Below, one piece after another: positions 25,213-33,769 of a stretch of 34,425 nucleotides of DNA. The translations under genes and the position numbers were made by a program. Each line of letters begins with the position of its first letter. Position 1 is the stretch's first letter. The notes beneath the pieces are model-generated. The model was not told where the DNA came from, did not search any database, and saw nothing but the letters and a program-made list of their open reading frames with translations. Source of the DNA: a virus (Duplodnaviria; Caudoviricetes); IMG/VR virus record IMGVR_UViG_3300011441_000027, positions 1 to 34,425 of that record; one strand, given 5' to 3'.

Positions 25213-27273
25213 TTACCTCCTATTGATGAACGAAGAACGCCGCACGCGACTGCGTCTGCGCGGCGGCGGATCAATTTCCTGCGTCGCAGGTGGCGGCGGC
25301 GTTGTCGCGGTCGTCACCGTTTGCACAGCTGATTTGTGGCGTTGTCGATGCACACCGAGCGAATACGCCACCGCCACGTTGCCCGCTTCGCAGTCGAGGT
25401 AGTGATTCTCACGTCGCAGCCTTTCCCACTGCACCCTGCCACCGCGCGTGACAGTACGCGCCTCGGCGGTAATCTGTCGACAGTAATCCTCGCTCACGTC
25501 TATCGGAAGATGCCACCGTCGTTGCTTGGCGTCGCCGACATGCAGCTGTTGGTGCACGTATGACTTAAAGAAGTCGACGTCGAGATGCCAGAGCTGTAGT
25601 CCTCCCTTCACGACCTGCCCGCCGACCGTCACGTCGATGACGGCAGCGTTCAGCGGCTTCGCCTGCTTTTCGTGACCCTTGGTCGCGATCGCCCAGCCGC
25701 GATGCTTTCGGCAAAATTTATAGATTACGTTGTCCGGTCGCCGCCACTTCTCGCCGGGCCGATATCCGGAGTCGATGCCGACGCGTTTGATTCGCTTGCC
25801 CGAGTACTCGCGCGCGCGCAATTCCTCGAGCTGTTCCCAGACGTCGTCGTGATCTGTGTCTCCGATTAACTCGTCGTTCTCCAGCAGCCAGGATTCCATG
25901 TTCACGCCCCACCCGCGCACGGCGTAGACCAGTCGGCGCTTCTGCACGTCGACGAACGCCGTGACCCAGCGCACGCCGTCCGGCACTTCGCCGAGACGAT
26001 ACGGCGCGCAGCACGTCTTCACGTTCTCTACGGTCGGCGCTTCACGTCCCATTGAGTAGAGCTCGCCGAAACGTGTGTTGACGATCGCCCGGATGCGTTC
26101 AACGTCGCCGCTCAGCTGCGCCTCGACATAGGCTTGCGCGCGCTGCCCGAATGTTCGCCACGGCGAGCACAGTCCGCTCACCCAGAAAGATGCCGTGTCG
26201 TTGTCCTCGATCTCGCCGAGCACGACGCCGTCCGGCGTTGCGTGCTGTCCGGGTGCGATGTACACGCCGCGCGCATTCATGCGCTGCTTCTGCCGGTTCT
26301 CGATGTGCACTCCGCAGTGCAGACATATCACGCGTGCCGCGCGCTTCGCTTCTTGAGAGCTCGCGTTCTCCGGAATGAATAGCAGCTTGAGGCGTGGCAC
26401 GAAGTACTCGTGACAATCTGGGCACGGCCACGCCCACTCATGCCGTGTGCCCGCCTGAAGAAGTCTCCACACCGGACTGATGACGTCGTCACTGCTGCCC
26501 GGCTTCCAGCGTTCGAGCCCGTAGTCATCCGTGTACGTCTCCACGCGACCCTCCGTCGGCGTGCTCGTCACGATGGAGAAGCCATCCGGATAACTTTCGA
26601 GTCGGCCCTCGGCAACGTCGAGGGGCGAGCCTTCCTTGCCGACGGTTGACTTCATGCGGTCGAGTTCGTCTACCTCGACGATCGCCGCGTCTTGGCTCGC
26701 GAGTTCCGTGGGAGAACCAGCCCAGCCGAAGCGCACCGTGACGCCGCAAATCTGCTTGTACGTCTTGCTCGACGCCTTGCCGCGCGCCAGCTGATCCCAT
26801 AGCGTCGGCACGGCCTTGACCATTTTCACGAACCTGGGCTCGATCAGCTTCTCCACCATGGAGCGCGTCGGCCCTACGTAGAGAATCGGCACGGGATCGT
26901 CGTCGAGGCGCTGCCCCTGAATGTTAAGCAGTCCCTCCGTCTTTCCCGTTTGCGCCCCCATCACCGCCACCGTGCGCCGATACTTCCCGCTCGTCGCCGT
27001 CCGCACGATCTGCGTCATGTACGGCGTGCGATGACTCCGAAACGGTCCGGGCTCCGCGCTGCCCTTCGGCAGAATTCTCTTCTGGTCTGCCCACTGGTCC
27101 GGCGTGCGCGGCGCTGCCGCCACGTACCGCTTCCTGCTCGCGCGCAATGCCGTCGCTACGCTCGGCCAGCCGTTCGACAAGCTCGGAGAGCGTGACGCCG
27201 ACGCTGTGGAATTCCTCTGCGAATCTTTCCCTGATTCGGTTGGCGTCGCTGATGCTTGCAAATTCATGTGCAC
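25213..27273 (-). CDS. terL: Terminase large subunit, GpA family
   Basis: RTPYM, GAQTGKTE (Walker A), VDELD (Walker B), STPT, CPDC/CLHC, VDVQ, NHYLDCE; exact start uncertain (27273 or 27267). Confidence 0.95.
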   Translation of the reverse strand: MHMNLQASATPTESGKDSQRNSTASASRSPSLSNGWPSVATALRASRKRYVAAAPRTPDQWADQKRILPKGSAEPGPFRSHRTPYMTQIVRTATSGKYRRTVAVMGAQTGKTEGLLNIQGQRLDDDPVPILYVGPTRSMVEKLIEPRFVKMVKAVPTLWDQLARGKASSKTYKQICGVTVRFGWAGSPTELASQDAAIVEVDELDRMKSTVGKEGSPLDVAEGRLESYPDGFSIVTSTPTEGRVETYTDDYGLERWKPGSSDDVISPVWRLLQAGTRHEWAWPCPDCHEYFVPRLKLLFIPENASSQEAKRAARVICLHCGVHIENRQKQRMNARGVYIAPGQHATPDGVVLGEIEDNDTASFWVSGLCSPWRTFGQRAQAYVEAQLSGDVERIRAIVNTRFGELYSMGREAPTVENVKTCCAPYRLGEVPDGVRWVTAFVDVQKRRLVYAVRGWGVNMESWLLENDELIGDTDHDDVWEQLEELRAREYSGKRIKRVGIDSGYRPGEKWRRPDNVIYKFCRKHRGWAIATKGHEKQAKPLNAAVIDVTVGGQVVKGGLQLWHLDVDFFKSYVHQQLHVGDAKQRRWHLPIDVSEDYCRQITAEARTVTRGGRVQWERLRRENHYLDCEAGNVAVAYSLGVHRQRHKSAVQTVTTATTPPPPATQEIDPPPRRRSRVRRSSFINRR

Positions 27274-27637
27274 ACCGATTGGTGATCGTGCGATGCGCCT
27301 GGATCATCGCGAGTGGAATTTCGTTGATCAACTGAGTGACGCGCGCGACCTCGACGAGCTCGCCGCGCCGCAAGGCATTATCCAGTGCCGCCTTGTCCGC
27401 GCTCTCGCGTGTCGAGCGCACGCGCTCCGCTGTCAGCGATGTGACGCCGTCGCCATCCGTCACGCTGCGCCGCTGTAGTGCGGTCTGCAGGTAGCGGATA
27501 TACCAGTGCATGCATTTCCCGAGATCGTAAACGCCGCGCGCGACTTGCGGCATGCCGTCGTTCGTGACGAGTTGGTTCACGCGTCGCGGCGTCAGGTTGA
27601 GCGCTGTCGCGACCTGATTCACGTCAACTTCGGCCAT
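26924..27637 (-). CDS. terS: Terminase small subunit, Nu1-like
   Basis: N-terminal wHTH VA..LNLTPRRVNQL...GMP....G.YDL...HWY, then ER.R...AD...L.N..RRGELV. Confidence 0.88.
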   Translation of the reverse strand: MAEVDVNQVATALNLTPRRVNQLVTNDGMPQVARGVYDLGKCMHWYIRYLQTALQRRSVTDGDGVTSLTAERVRSTRESADKAALDNALRRGELVEVARVTQLINEIPLAMIQAHRTITNRCAHEFASISDANRIRERFAEEFHSVGVTLSELVERLAERSDGIAREQEAVRGGSAAHAGPVGRPEENSAEGQRGARTVSESSHAVHDADRADGDEREVSAHGGGDGGANGKDGGTA

Positions 27638-27648
27638 TTCAGCTGTAT

Positions 27649-27656
27649 TCCTGCGG
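27649..27656. repeat. 8-bp direct repeat TCCTGCGG, left copy
   Basis: Identical to 33092..33099; lies just upstream of the terS start. Confidence 0.5.
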
Positions 27657-27695
27657 ACTGCCGCCTAAGTGATTGAGGTGTCAGGCGATATAGAT

Positions 27696-27710
27696 GCAAC
27701 CTGACGTTGC
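27696..27710. promoter_or_regulatory. Putative operator O3, GCAAC-N5-GTTGC
   Basis: GCAACCTGACGTTGC; 14/15 identical to the reverse complement of O1. Confidence 0.7.
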
Positions 27711-27735
27711 TCCTGAACGCGCATTCCTAGATAAT
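27707..27735 (+). promoter_or_regulatory. Sigma70-like promoter of the island
   Basis: TTGCTC, 17-bp spacer, GATAAT. Confidence 0.6.
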
Positions 27736-27802
27736 GTCAAGCGTGTCTAAGACACACCCCGCGCAAAAGCGCGAGGGGCCACCCAGTCAACACGAGGGTC
27801 AC

Positions 27803-28837
27803 ATGCACACGATCAAACCGTCTCAGCTCCGCGCGCTTCTCGCGCTCACCATTCCCGCTCGCGAGCCCGTGCTCGTGTCCGGGCCTCCCGGCGTCGGCAA
27901 GTCTGACATCGTCACGCAAGCGTGCCGCGATGCCGGTGCCGACGTCGTCATCATGCATCCCGTCGTCAGCGATCCGACAGACTTCAAAGGGCTGCCGTGG
28001 GTCACGAAAGGCGAGGCGAATTTTCTCCCCTTCGGCGAACTCCAGACGCTCATCAACGCCGATAAGCTGACCGCGTGCTTCCTTGACGATCTCGGGCAGG
28101 CTACGCCAGCCGTGCAAGCCGCCGCGATGCAACTCATCCTAGCGCGTCGCGTGAACGGGCACAGCGTCTCTTCTAACGTGGTGTTCATCGCAGCGACAAA
28201 CCGTCGCAGCGATCGCGCCGGGGTCAGCGGCATCCTTGAGCCAGTCAAGAGCCGCTTTGCAACTCTGGTAGAACTCGCGCCCGATCTCAACGACTGGTCG
28301 TCGTGGGCGGCAGCCGCCGGGGTCGCACCTGAGGTTATCGCCTTTCTGCGTTTCCGTCCGCAGTTGCTCTCCGAGTTCAAGCCGACAGGCGACATGACGA
28401 ACTCGCCGAGCCCGCGCACGTGGGCAGCGGTCTCGCGTGTGCTCGCGCTCAATCTGCCGCGCGAGCTGCAGCTGCCTGTCATTGAAGGCGCCGTAGGCGA
28501 AGGCGCAGCGGTCGAGTTCATTGCCTTCTTGCGCGTCTGGTCTCAGATGGTCTCGCCCGACGTCGTGTTGACAGCACCGGACACCGCGCCGATTCCAACT
28601 GAGACGTCCGCCATGTACGCGCTCTCCACAGCACTCGGGATGCGCGTCGCCGTTGCGTCAATGGGCCGGTACTGCCGTTATCTCGATCGACTCGTGACAG
28701 CGGGCAAAGCTGAGTTCGCAGCGGTCAGCATGCAGACAACGCTAGCGCGCGACCCGAAGCTCGCCAACTGTCCCGCGTACGTCAACGCGATGAGCGGTCC
28801 CCTTGGTCAGCTCTTCATCGGCGGAGGTGCGTCATGA
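27803..28837 (+). CDS. MoxR/AAA_5-like AAA+ ATPase
   Basis: GPPGVGKS Walker A, CFLDDL Walker B variant, AATNR sensor 1, SRF Arg finger, PSPRTW; GAGGG RBS before ATG at 27803. Confidence 0.88.
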   Translation: MHTIKPSQLRALLALTIPAREPVLVSGPPGVGKSDIVTQACRDAGADVVIMHPVVSDPTDFKGLPWVTKGEANFLPFGELQTLINADKLTACFLDDLGQATPAVQAAAMQLILARRVNGHSVSSNVVFIAATNRRSDRAGVSGILEPVKSRFATLVELAPDLNDWSSWAAAAGVAPEVIAFLRFRPQLLSEFKPTGDMTNSPSPRTWAAVSRVLALNLPRELQLPVIEGAVGEGAAVEFIAFLRVWSQMVSPDVVLTAPDTAPIPTETSAMYALSTALGMRVAVASMGRYCRYLDRLVTAGKAEFAAVSMQTTLARDPKLANCPAYVNAMSGPLGQLFIGGGAS

Positions 28838-29703
28838 ACCTCAGCGACCGCGCAATGCTCGCCAGTCTGACGATCCGTCGCTGGCAGGCTACGTTGACCG
28901 ATAAGAAAGTGACGCGTGACGTTGCGACTGCGCACTCCGTGAGCGCGCGCCGCGCTGGTCACTACCGCAAGCATGCCATCGACGTTGACGCCCCAGCGTT
29001 CAAGGCAGTCGGAGAAGCTGCCAGCGCGCTGCGCCACCGCCACTACGAGCTGACTCTACCCTGGGGTCAGGACGGGGCGCGCATTCTCACTGCCGCCATG
29101 TTCGAGACGTACTCGTCAGAGATGCGTCACCTGCGCGCGTCGTTTGACGTCGCAGTCAAGGCGTTCCTCGCTGAGTACCCGAGACTCCGCGAGTCAGCGC
29201 GCAAGGAACTCAACGGTCTGTTCAATGACACCGACTACCCGCGCCGCATCGAGGCGAAGTTCGGGATCGACCTGTCCATCATGCCGCTGCCAAACTCACA
29301 AGACTTTCGTGTGAGCCTAGCCGCAGACGTCACCGACGAGATCAAGAAAAACATCGACGACGAGCTCCAGAAGACGACAGCGATAGCGATGCGCGAGCCT
29401 TATGAGCGCCTCTACGCGCACATCGCCAGAATGGTCGAGCGTCTGGGCGACCCCAAGGGCATATTTCGTGACTCGCTGATCTCCGGGCTGGGCGAGCTGT
29501 GCTCGATTCTCCCCGGCCTCAACCTGACAGGCGATGCCGTGCTCGAAGACTTGCGTAAGCGTGCCGAAGCGATGATCGCCGGGGTCGACGTCGACCAGCT
29601 GCGACAGTCGCCGACCGTTCGCACGGCGGTCGCCAAGCGAGCACAGGAGATTCACGACGCCATGTCGGTCTTCATGACGCCGAGCGAAGGAGGTGACGCG
29701 TGA
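28834..29703 (+). CDS. DUF3150-like helical protein
   Basis: WQA...DKKVT...TLPW...G.RIL...F...F...YP...L..LFN..DYP...F pattern; GGAGG RBS; family call from memory. Confidence 0.6.
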   Translation: MNLSDRAMLASLTIRRWQATLTDKKVTRDVATAHSVSARRAGHYRKHAIDVDAPAFKAVGEAASALRHRHYELTLPWGQDGARILTAAMFETYSSEMRHLRASFDVAVKAFLAEYPRLRESARKELNGLFNDTDYPRRIEAKFGIDLSIMPLPNSQDFRVSLAADVTDEIKKNIDDELQKTTAIAMREPYERLYAHIARMVERLGDPKGIFRDSLISGLGELCSILPGLNLTGDAVLEDLRKRAEAMIAGVDVDQLRQSPTVRTAVAKRAQEIHDAMSVFMTPSEGGDA

Positions 29704-30809
29704 GCGCACATCTCAAACGCTTGAGCGCTGCGCGCACAGCGCTTGTTCTCGACCATCCATTCTTCGGCGCGCTCGCACTGCGCTTAACGCTTACTGAAAC
29801 TGACAGCGTGACCAACACCATGGCGACAGACGGGCGCGCGATTTTCTACGCGCCCGCCTTCGTCGACACGCTTAACGATCAAGAGCTGGTCGCACTGCTC
29901 GCGCACGAGGTGATGCATCCCGCGATGCAGCACCACGCGCGTCGCCTGCACCGCGATGCGAAGCGCTGGAACGACGCCGCTGACTACGCAATCAATCCGG
30001 TGTTGACTGAGGCGGGGTTCGCAATACCCGCCGACGGATTGAATGACCCGCAATACGCTGGGCTCAGCGCCGAGCAGATATACGACCGGCTACCGCAGCC
30101 TGAGCCAGACGACAAAGGCGGGTCAGGGTCAGACGTCAGGGACACGCCGGGGGCCGTGCTGGACGCGCCTGGCGACGACGTCGCAGCAGACGCAGCTGAT
30201 TGGCAGGTCGCAGTCAGCCAAGCGATGAGCGTTGCTCGCATGATGGGACGCCTGCCCGCGTCAATGGCCCGCGCAGTCGGCGAGATGACGCGCCCACGTG
30301 TCGACTGGCGGGCGCTGCTGCGCCGGTTCGTGCAGCAGTGTGCGAGCGCCGACTACTCGTGGAAGATGCCGAATCGTCGCTACCTTGCGAGCGGTCTGTA
30401 CCTGCCAGAGCTTCGCTCCGATGCGATGCCTGCGCTCGTCGTCGCCGTCGACACGAGCGGGTCCATCGGCGAGACCGTGCTGAGCGCGTTCCACGCTGAA
30501 ATCACATCTATCGTCGACGAGTGCGCGCCCGAGTCTGTGCACGTCGTCTACTGCGACGCCGAGGTGCAACGCGTCGACACGTTCGCGCGAGGCGAGCCAG
30601 TCGAGATGCACGCGTCAGGCGGTGGCGGGACAGACTTCTGTCCGGTCTTCGCGCACGTCGACGCCGAGCAGCTTCAACCCGCGTGCATCGTGTACTTGAC
30701 CGATGGCTGCGGGACCTACCCTGAAGTCCCTAGCGACGTGCCGACGCTGTGGGTCATGACAACCGACTGCGTCGCGCCGTGGGGCGAGACCGTGAGGATC
30801 GACTCATGA
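29700..30809 (+). CDS. DUF2201-like metallopeptidase (HExxH) plus VWA domain protein
   Basis: TMATDG, HEVMH, WN.A.DYAIN; VAVDTSGSI MIDAS, GGGGTDF, YLTDG. Confidence 0.88.
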   Translation: MSAHLKRLSAARTALVLDHPFFGALALRLTLTETDSVTNTMATDGRAIFYAPAFVDTLNDQELVALLAHEVMHPAMQHHARRLHRDAKRWNDAADYAINPVLTEAGFAIPADGLNDPQYAGLSAEQIYDRLPQPEPDDKGGSGSDVRDTPGAVLDAPGDDVAADAADWQVAVSQAMSVARMMGRLPASMARAVGEMTRPRVDWRALLRRFVQQCASADYSWKMPNRRYLASGLYLPELRSDAMPALVVAVDTSGSIGETVLSAFHAEITSIVDECAPESVHVVYCDAEVQRVDTFARGEPVEMHASGGGGTDFCPVFAHVDAEQLQPACIVYLTDGCGTYPEVPSDVPTLWVMTTDCVAPWGETVRIDS

Positions 30810-31372
30810 AATACAACCTGTTCGTCGAAGTCGCCGCGCGTGCTCTCGTCGAGTACCCGCCGCTCGGCTTTGCAGAAGCCGAGCGCGCCGCGCGCAAGCT
30901 GTACTCCCGCTATGGTCGCAAGCGCGGCTTCCCCGCAATGCTCGAAGATGTGCGCCTCAACAAAGTGCGCCGCGTGTGGCTGAGCACGCATGACACGCGA
31001 GGCAATCCCAATGGCTGGGGTCGTCTCTTCTACGACGTCGCGTGGACAATTCTTCACCGCCGCCACCGTACAAGACCGATTGACGCGCAGCGCGAGGCAT
31101 TGGAACGCGAGTTTAAATGCTACGCGCTGAGCAAGGGGTGGATCGCGGGCTCGCTCAAGCGAGCACCTTTCAAGAAGCCCACGCGCAGCGAGTCGCGCGC
31201 CAAGGCGCTCGTCCACAAGCGCGCGCTACTCGCGCGATGGAAGACGAAGCGCAAGCGCTCGGAGACCGCCATCAAAAAACTCAGCGCACAGATCAGACGA
31301 CTGGAGGCGCTCGTCGATTCCCAAGGCGCTGTGCTCGCCGACGTCATTGCTGACATAGGAGGCGTGTCATGA
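30806..31372 (+). CDS. Hypothetical basic protein, 188 aa
   Basis: ATGA overlap; Arg/Lys-rich with C-terminal coiled coil. Confidence 0.7.
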   Translation: MKYNLFVEVAARALVEYPPLGFAEAERAARKLYSRYGRKRGFPAMLEDVRLNKVRRVWLSTHDTRGNPNGWGRLFYDVAWTILHRRHRTRPIDAQREALEREFKCYALSKGWIAGSLKRAPFKKPTRSESRAKALVHKRALLARWKTKRKRSETAIKKLSAQIRRLEALVDSQGAVLADVIADIGGVS

Positions 31373-31533
31373 ACTCGTACATCGACATCTCCGCATTCTG
31401 CCCGCGCTGCGGCTGGCAGGGCGATGTGTGCGTAGACGCTGACGCTGAGCCGCCAGCACCACTCCCGACTTGCGAGTGCGGCAAGGCACGCGTGCAGCCC
31501 GACCCCGATGATGATCCCTGGGGGCCGTCATGA
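31369..31533 (+). CDS. Zn-ribbon protein, 54 aa
   Basis: Manual translation with CPRCG...CECG; AGGAGG RBS; ATGA overlaps at both ends. Confidence 0.65.
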   Translation: MNSYIDISAFCPRCGWQGDVCVDADAEPPAPLPTCECGKARVQPDPDDDPWGPS

Positions 31534-31658
31534 CGCGCAAGGCACGCAACCGCATGCGCCTGTGCCACTGCGACGGCTGGTGGTTTCCACACCGTCGCGG
31601 CAGCCGGGCGTCGCACTGCACGACGCTACGAACTGGCACGCGAGGATGCAGACAATGA
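31530..31658 (+). CDS. Small Cys/His protein, 42 aa
   Basis: Manual translation MTRKARNRMRLCHCDGWWFPHRRGSRASHC...; ATGA overlaps at both ends. Confidence 0.6.
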   Translation: MTRKARNRMRLCHCDGWWFPHRRGSRASHCTTLRTGTRGCRQ

Positions 31659-32035
31659 GCGCAAACCATGACTACACGATTGAGCACATGCACACGGCGA
31701 TGTGTGCGTGGGAGTACGTGCTCGAACAGTTCAACGACCGCACCATTCACTTTCTCGCGAGCACGCGCCCGCGCAACGACTGGCAGAGCTATCAGGTCGC
31801 GCACGGCATGGCGAGTCTGCGCAGCTGCGTCGCTGCATGCGCTGAGCGCATCGAGGAGGCGTGGCTCGTTGTCGGCGAGCAGTATCCGTACTCCTTCGAC
31901 TGGGACTTCGTCCCCGAGTGGATGGAAGAGCACCGCGATTACATCATCGGCGGGAAGCCGTGGCCGGAGTTCGATTCCGACGTCGCGCTGCACGCAGTCA
32001 TGGTCCGCTTCTACAACGAGAAGGTGTCGCGATGA
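31655..32035 (+). CDS. Hypothetical protein, 126 aa
   Basis: ATG at 31655 with GAGGA RBS; aromatic-rich FDWDFVPEW. Confidence 0.7.
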   Translation: MSANHDYTIEHMHTAMCAWEYVLEQFNDRTIHFLASTRPRNDWQSYQVAHGMASLRSCVAACAERIEEAWLVVGEQYPYSFDWDFVPEWMEEHRDYIIGGKPWPEFDSDVALHAVMVRFYNEKVSR

Positions 32036-32235
32036 AAATAAAAGGGTTTGACTACCGCGTGCACAGTGAGCGCGAGCTCAGCGCTCGCGAGTGGCGCGAC
32101 GAGCTGGAGATCATCATGCGCGCAGGCGGCAGGCGACGCGTGGAAAACGGCGAAACCTTCGCGCACGCCAAGGGCGGCGGTCTCGTCTTCGAGTGCTACG
32201 CCATCATCAACACACGAGGATCATCACATGCCTAA
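32032..32235 (+). CDS. Hypothetical protein, 67 aa
   Basis: ATGA overlap; AAGG RBS. Confidence 0.6.
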   Translation: MKIKGFDYRVHSERELSAREWRDELEIIMRAGGRRRVENGETFAHAKGGGLVFECYAIINTRGSSHA

Positions 32236-32497
32236 GCAACGCTATGCTTCACTCATCGGCCCGCTGTTCGGCACGTACTACCCGCTACCCGACGCGCTCG
32301 ACGAAATGCAGTGCCGTATTGCGCTCAACTCGTCGCGCCTCGCGCGACTCTGGGCCAGCGTGTACACGCGCGCCGAAGTCGACAAGCAGATCGCCGAGTG
32401 GGGTGGCATCATCCTGCCCGACAGTCTCGCCGCACATCTCGACTACAATTACCACCTCGTCGAGAAGGCGCGACTCAACGACCATGCACACGGCTGA
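32228..32497 (+). CDS. Hypothetical protein, 89 aa
   Basis: GAGGA RBS; overlaps neighbours. Confidence 0.6.
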   Translation: MPKQRYASLIGPLFGTYYPLPDALDEMQCRIALNSSRLARLWASVYTRAEVDKQIAEWGGIILPDSLAAHLDYNYHLVEKARLNDHAHG

Positions 32498-32669
32498 CGA
32501 TCTCCGCGCGTTGCTCATGCGCTGCGCACTCACGCAGCGCGGAGCCGCGCGTCGCCTGGAGATCGACGAGCGCAAGATGCGGCGCTACTGCAGCGGGGCG
32601 CTCGCCGTGCCCGAGACGGTATGGCTCGCCCTGCTGCAAGTCTCACAACGCACTGAGGGGAATCAATGA
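32484..32669 (+). CDS. XRE-type HTH protein, 61 aa
   Basis: LRALL....LTQRGAARRLEIDERKMRRYCSG...VP. Confidence 0.8.
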   Translation: MHTADDLRALLMRCALTQRGAARRLEIDERKMRRYCSGALAVPETVWLALLQVSQRTEGNQ

Positions 32670-33103
32670 CCACGCCAACTCACGCCATCACGATTCGCCA
32701 GCCCTGGCTGTGGGCGATCATGCACGGCGGCAAGTTCATCGAGAACAGGACCTGGGCCACCAGTTATCGCGGGCCCATCTACCTGCACGCCGCGCAGAAT
32801 CTCGCCGACGCCTCGGCTACCGCAAAGTTCTCAGCGCTGCTCCGCGCGCACGACATGAACCCGCCGGACTTCGACTCACTGCCGCGCGGCGCGCTTCTCG
32901 CGACGGCGCGGCTCGTCGACGTCGTGCGCAACGGCGACAGCGTCTGGGCTGACCTCGACTGCTACCACTTCGTGCTCGCCGACGTCGTAGTGCTCGACGA
33001 GCCCATAGTCACGCGCGGCGCGCTCGGCCTCTGGCCCGTAAGGGGGCGACAGCGCAGCGAGCGGCTCGCCGCTCCCGGCAAGCACAGCGGCTCCTGCGGC
33101 TAG
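32666..33103 (+). CDS. ASCH domain protein
   Basis: AITIRQPW.WAI..GGK.IENRTW.T.YRGPIYLHA...RGALGLW. Confidence 0.9.
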   Translation: MTTPTHAITIRQPWLWAIMHGGKFIENRTWATSYRGPIYLHAAQNLADASATAKFSALLRAHDMNPPDFDSLPRGALLATARLVDVVRNGDSVWADLDCYHFVLADVVVLDEPIVTRGALGLWPVRGRQRSERLAAPGKHSGSCG

Positions 33104-33769
33104 CGTGTCAACCGTGATGTAGCGCTCGCGCACGCTCAACCCGGCGCGCGCGAGAAACGCTTCCTTCTCGGCGCGCGTCGCGAAGACCACGACGAGGTAG
33201 GTCTCCGTGTCGTTGCGCGCCTGCACGCCAGCATTCTCCGCGCGTCGCGTCGCCCCGCGCTGCTTGGTGTCCTGCATCTGCGCGACCACGCCCTCGATTG
33301 TCTCCGGCACGTTGGCGAACAGCTTGCCGATCTCGTCGTCGTCGGGAAACAAGTTCTCGATGGTGATGGCGTCGAGCTCGGCGTGCGCGCTCTCCAGTTC
33401 ACCACTCACGAGGAGATCGCGCAGCGTGTCGACGTCGAACTCCCCCTGTGCTGTCTCGTTGTTGAGCAGCACGATGACGGCAGCCTCTTGCTTGGCGTCG
33501 ATGTCGACCCAGGAGACCTGCAGATCGTAGGCCGCGCCCGGCCCGCCGTTGCGCTCGTCAAGCCACGCGAGACGCTGGTGACCGCCGAGCACGTGCCCCG
33601 TTCTTCGGTTTGCGATGATCGGCTCCAGCAACCCGAAGCGGTCGAGTCCGCGCCCCAGTTTCTTGCGCGCCACCTCGCTCATTTGCCTGGGGTTGCGCGG
33701 GTGCGGCTTGATCGCCGCGCGCTTCACGAGTTCCACGCAGATCGGCTGATAGTCGGTAGGCTTCGGCAT
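32876..33769 (-). CDS. ParB/Srx N-terminal domain protein
   Basis: IKPHPRNPR...RFGLLEPII.N..TGHVLGGHQRL; last ~70 aa run antisense through the ASCH gene. Confidence 0.88.
   Translation of the reverse strand: MPKPTDYQPICVELVKRAAIKPHPRNPRQMSEVARKKLGRGLDRFGLLEPIIANRRTGHVLGGHQRLAWLDERNGGPGAAYDLQVSWVDIDAKQEAAVIVLLNNETAQGEFDVDTLRDLLVSGELESAHAELDAITIENLFPDDDEIGKLFANVPETIEGVVAQMQDTKQRGATRRAENAGVQARNDTETYLVVVFATRAEKEAFLARAGLSVRERYITVDTLAAGAAVLAGSGEPLAALSPPYGPEAERAARDYGLVEHYDVGEHEVVAVEVSPDAVAVAHDVDEPRRREKRAARQ
33092..33099. repeat. 8-bp direct repeat TCCTGCGG, right copy
   Basis: Identical to 27649..27656. Confidence 0.5.

Larger units (their letters stand above)
27657..33099 (+). mobile_element. Inserted accessory gene island (moron-like), opposite orientation to the late genes
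   Basis: Eleven coupled plus-strand ORFs with their own promoter between parB-like and terS; flanking direct repeat; no recombinase inside. Confidence 0.5.

Noticed and set aside
27665-27677. CTAAGTGATTGA, reminiscent of motifs near integrative-element ends
   Set aside because: Single copy, no partner seen at the other island end and no integrase in the window
27638-27802. Possible cos site upstream of terS, expected for Nu1/GpA terminases
   Set aside because: No recognisable cosN or repeated terS-binding sites; cannot be located without read-end data
27800-32493. Recurring CATGCACACG at about 27802, 31687 and 32483
   Set aside because: Short, explained by Met-His-Thr codons; one copy is internal to a gene; no consistent regulatory position
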